Positions 62,506 to 64,000 of a stretch of 64,000 bases of DNA are shown in pieces (position 1 is the stretch's first letter; each line of letters opens with the position of its first letter). The stretch spans positions 54,994,001-55,058,000 of the forward strand of contig OZ024749.1 in the NCBI GenBank assembly GCA_964016885.1. The letters are read 5' to 3'. The position numbers and the translations under genes were made by a program. This DNA is from Eledone cirrhosa. Taxonomy: Eukaryota. A model generated the notes under the pieces. It was given only the letters and a program-made list of their open reading frames with translations, had not been told where the DNA came from and made no database searches.

Positions 62506-62997
62506 CGAAGAGATGGAAGGGTACTTTAGATGCACTACGATTCAATTTTGCGATTCCCACCCACCTCACAAAAAAAAAAAAATAATGAAAACCAAAATTA
62601 ATTATAGAAACTCATACACGTTTAGACAAGAAGATAGCGAAGAAGTACGAGTTTCCTATCTAATAAATTGAAATACGTTATTCAAATATGTCATAAATGC
62701 TATGATATCTGAATGCTATATTAATTTAGTGTGGAATAACATAGAGATAACAAAATAACACTATAAACTCTCCGTCTGTATTGTATATTAAGTTCAGAAT
62801 TTATGCTTCGTCAATTAAGAATAGGATGAGAGCGTACGATAAAGTTATACTTGTTAGAAAATGAATGTATTCGCCTACACACATACGTGTGTGTGTGTGT
62901 GTAGTTATGTGGCTGTCTGTGTGCATGTATATGTGCTTGTGCGTATGTGTGTACATATAAAAATATTGATTAAATATATACAGATAAAAGTATATAT

Positions 62998-63113
<116 letters not shown>

Positions 63114-64000
63114 TGAATCATTTGTATCAGCACTGAATAGCTATTCAGTACCTAAATATATATATATATAAGCACCTATCTATGTATTTATCTTTTAATA
63201 TGTAGATCTAACTAATAGCATATATATGTGTATGTGTCTATGTATGTCTCTATGTGTCTGTGTATGTGTGTGTGTTTATGTGTTTTTATGTGTATTAATT
63301 CTACCCTTTTTATTACATAGTTGATAAATTATATGTATTTGTTATGATACACTCATATGTGTATGGTATGTGATTTATGTAAACGAGTAAGAACGTATAT
63401 CTGCGTGTAGAAATACTGTGTATGTATGTTATTATAATATGTGTGTGATTATTATATGTATGTGTATATTTATCTCAGTGTAATATTAGTGAGATTGTGC
63501 GCAAAATTTTATGATAGGCTGCTATTAATCCATTGACTTATATAGATCAGTTAAAGATATAGCTAACTTCCTTTCACAGATATTAAAACTTTCCAAACAG
63601 GTTATATATTCAAATGATTATTTCTCATACTCCTTGCAATATTTCAAGTGTCATCAAAATAATAAATATATGATAAAAAACAAACATGTATACACATATG
63701 AAAAACAAATATAATAATAATAAAATGGCCCCCAAATTCCCAATTATATATCAGTGTACCCAATACTTTGATAGGTTTTCCAATATTACTATCATAGAAA
63801 AAAAAGGTAATAAAATTTATGTTCGTCTTCAAAGGCTAATCATTAATGTTATTATGACTGAGAAGTAGAGGAAGTGCCAACCCATAGTTTCGACCATCAA
63901 GCGTACAAGCTTGTTGCTCGACATCTAAAACCATTTACGCAGCGCCGCATGGGTCGATATTACTGCATTGCTGTCTGAAGTGTACTTAATGCTTAATGCA

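Overview
This is an AT-rich, microsatellite-saturated stretch of non-coding eukaryotic DNA. Its repeat families resemble those I associate with cephalopod (Octopus-like) genomes, which is an inference. I found no intact host protein-coding gene, and nearly all long ORFs in the track are artefacts of (TA)n/(CA)n or trinucleotide repeats. The window holds multi-kb compound microsatellites, a young 5'-truncated CR1-clade LINE (11.8-12.5 kb), a Dong/R4-type retrotransposon 3' fragment ending in (TAA)n (58.2-59.3 kb), and decayed RTE and Tc1/mariner remnants. It also has piggyBac-, hAT- and mariner-type MITEs or ends, and more than 20 copies or fragments of tRNA-derived SINEs from several families. 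The most notable hidden signal is a set of short elements in or beside (TA)n tracts that carry type-I hammerhead-ribozyme motifs, one with an intact core at 32.75 kb, several of them folded into inverted repeats. These are most consistent with Penelope-like element termini or retrozymes. I also note a palindromic element with two convergent tRNA-like Pol III units and a speculative chain of small spliced exons at 47-52 kb.
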